From Actinomycetes bacterium (lineage in GTDB: Bacteria > Actinomycetota > Acidimicrobiia > Acidimicrobiales > Acidimicrobiaceae), in the NCBI GenBank assembly GCA_021847985.1, contig JAJZNF010000193.1:21866-85865 (forward strand): a stretch of DNA of 64,000 nucleotides. The letters are read 5' to 3'. The translations under genes and the position numbers were made by a program. The notes below the pieces were generated by a model. It had not been told where the DNA came from and did no database searches. It worked only from the letters and a program-made list of their open reading frames with translations. Shown piece by piece: positions 62,053-64,000 of the stretch (its first letter is position 1; the number at the start of each line of letters is the position of its first letter).

Positions 62053-63195
62053 TCAGCTCGGGCTTCCCAGCGGCTTCTTATTCGGACCCAGGATCCCGCG
62101 AGCAGCGGCATCCGGGCCGGCCGAAGCTCGCCTGGCGACGTAGAGCTGCACCGAGCCAAGGTCTTTTAGGTAGCGGGGACGCAGCGCCCTGAGAACCAGA
62201 TCCGCATCCTTTTGCACTCTTTCGGCCACGGACTCGGTCACGAGCACGGAACCGGGGGCGGCGATATTGACGACCCGGGAAGCCGTGTTCACGGTGGAGC
62301 CGTAATAGTCGCCGTCCTGGGCGAGGACCTTGCCCCAGGAGATTCCGGCACGCACCTCGGAAAGGATCTCGTCCTCCTGATAGATCTTTGCCAGCGACAG
62401 GCCGATCTCGCAGGCCTCCACCGGGTCGTCGGAGACGAACATCACCTCGTCCCCGATCATCTTCACCACCCTGCCGCCATGCTGGGTCACCACGTCGAAG
62501 CTCACCTCCTCGAAACGGCCCACGACCTTGGCAAGCTCCTGGTTGGAAAGTTGCTGCGCAATCACGGTGAAGCCGACGAGGTCCACGAAACCGACGGCCA
62601 TCTCGACCACCGAGATGTTCTCAACCCCCTTTTCGAAGGCAAGCATGGCCCGTCTCGAAGCGGCGTGGAGGTGGCGAATCCAGGTGTACACGAGGAGTTG
62701 CGGCACCGCGGGCACGATCACGGAGGAATACCTGGTGAAGCGCTCGGCAAGTTCCACCGGGTCCAGGTTCGCCAGGTTATCCCCGAGATCCCCGAACGCG
62801 TAAGAAGAGACGATCTGGGCCTCGGCGAAGCGGGCCATCGACGAGCCCATGACCCTGGCCAGTTGCACCACAACCTCGTCCTCAACCGATCCTGACTGCA
62901 GGAGAATGCGCAGTGATTGCGCGGCCTGCACGTCGAGCTCGGTAAATATGGGGTCCGTGTCGAGGAAGTCGGTGAACCCCAGGGCCCGCCACAGCCTGCG
63001 AAGTACCTGGGTGCCTATCCCGGTCTCCTCCTCGACTTCGAGAGCCGACTTGCGGCGATAGGGATTCCCGAGAAGCTGGTCGACCGCCAGGAAATGAAGC
63101 GTGCCGGCCTCAAGCGCGGCCTCGATATCTTCGTCGCGCAGGCCACGCTCCCGTAGCATCTCAACTAGCGCGACCGGCAGTTCCTCAATCGACAA
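62053..63195 (-). CDS. Class III adenylate cyclase with N-terminal regulatory domain (Rv1264/Rv2212-like)
   Basis: RRLWRALGF regulatory motif; FVDLVGFT, KMIGDEVM, DYYGSTVNTASR. Confidence 0.88.
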   Translation of the reverse strand: MSIEELPVALVEMLRERGLRDEDIEAALEAGTLHFLAVDQLLGNPYRRKSALEVEEETGIGTQVLRRLWRALGFTDFLDTDPIFTELDVQAAQSLRILLQSGSVEDEVVVQLARVMGSSMARFAEAQIVSSYAFGDLGDNLANLDPVELAERFTRYSSVIVPAVPQLLVYTWIRHLHAASRRAMLAFEKGVENISVVEMAVGFVDLVGFTVIAQQLSNQELAKVVGRFEEVSFDVVTQHGGRVVKMIGDEVMFVSDDPVEACEIGLSLAKIYQEDEILSEVRAGISWGKVLAQDGDYYGSTVNTASRVVNIAAPGSVLVTESVAERVQKDADLVLRALRPRYLKDLGSVQLYVARRASAGPDAAARGILGPNKKPLGSPS

Positions 63196-63302
63196 CGCCC
63201 CACCTCTCCCAACGATCCATGGTATTGCCAAAGTTGCGCCCGAAGTGGAATTAGCGGTCCACCTATGCTCTAGCCCGTGCCCCGGTACCGAAAGGATGGA
63301 GT

Positions 63303-63953
63303 TTGGTCGCCGCTCTCGCCGCCGTAGTCACGCCGCTCAGATCCTTCAGCACCGGCAAGAGCCGCCTGTTCGCGCTCGGCGCCGACAAGCGCGAGGATAT
63401 CGGACGCTTGGCGGCCGAGGCGGTCCTGGCCGCCGGCGGGCCATACCAATCGCATGTGGTGACCGCCGACCCGGAAGTCGCCTCCTGGGCATCGCACCGC
63501 GGCGCATCCGTGATCATCTGCCACGGCGCCTCCCTCAACGCGGACCTGGAAGAGGCGCTTGAGGTCCTGGGGGCGTCGGGATTCCACCGAGCGGTGATAG
63601 CACTGGGAGACCTGCCGCTGCTGCGCAAGGGAGACGTCGACAAGGCGGCAGCCTCCTCCGGCTTCTTTTTGATCCCGGACCGCCACCGCGCCGGAACCAA
63701 CCTGCTCGCTTGTGACCTGCCCTGTCCGATACGACTCGCCTTCGGCGAAGGCTCATTTGCCGCGCACCTGGCCGCGATCTCAAATGCCCGCGCACCACTC
63801 ACCATCGACGCACAAAGCCTGGCACGCTACGACATCGACCTGCCCGAAGACCTGGACGCGCTGGCAGCCCTCGACGCAGGGGAGAGTTTGACCGCTGCCG
63901 AACGACATAGATTGAACTCCATACTCTCCCTAGCGGGGCGCCCCACCGCCTGA
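63303..63953 (+). CDS. cofC: 2-phospho-L-lactate/PEP guanylyltransferase (CofC/FbiD)
   Basis: PLR...GKSRL, LNA, GDLPLL, PDRHRAGTN, FGEGSFAAH, DIDLPEDL. Confidence 0.85.
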   Translation: MVAALAAVVTPLRSFSTGKSRLFALGADKREDIGRLAAEAVLAAGGPYQSHVVTADPEVASWASHRGASVIICHGASLNADLEEALEVLGASGFHRAVIALGDLPLLRKGDVDKAAASSGFFLIPDRHRAGTNLLACDLPCPIRLAFGEGSFAAHLAAISNARAPLTIDAQSLARYDIDLPEDLDALAALDAGESLTAAERHRLNSILSLAGRPTA

Positions 63954-64000
63954 TTGCGAAATCCCGATCAACCCGATCAAAAGGAGCAGCCGACACTTGA

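Noticed and set aside
63981-64000. AAGGAG followed by TTG at 63997, probable start of the next gene
   Set aside because: Only one codon lies in the window; product cannot be called

Overview
GC-rich (roughly two-thirds G+C by eye) chromosomal segment of an actinobacterium, most likely Acidimicrobiia. This is inferred from F420 genes, actinobacterial-type MetH/PRK/LpdA, DUF5719, and gene order resembling the M. tuberculosis fbiAB-manB-wbbL-rmlD-birA-accA3-lpdA region. Left third: cell-envelope glycan genes (GT2 membrane protein, three GT4s, Rmd-like reductase, rml genes) interleaved with cofD/cofE. Middle: biotin carboxylase, B12-related genes (methylmalonyl-CoA mutase, PduO, MetH) and housekeeping genes. 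The highlight is a ~14 kb Calvin-Benson-Bassham cluster (37.9-52.3 kb). It carries a single-ORF transketolase::class II FBPase/SBPase (GlpX) fusion, an actinobacterial/cyanobacterial-type PRK, a class I aldolase, CbbR, and a red-type RuBisCO cbbLSX that looks proteobacterial (form IC) rather than actinobacterial (IE). An embedded GAF-kinase/NarL-regulator pair resembles mycobacterial MnoSR. A 20-bp quasi-palindrome occurs upstream of both regeneration-phase transcription units, suggesting split CbbR / two-component control of CO2 fixation. Right end: csoR-copZ-copA, a LipB-LipA fusion with E2/E3, rnhB, a class III adenylate cyclase and cofC. No rRNA, tRNA, CRISPR or mobile element was seen. 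Family calls rest on motif recognition, not database searches.
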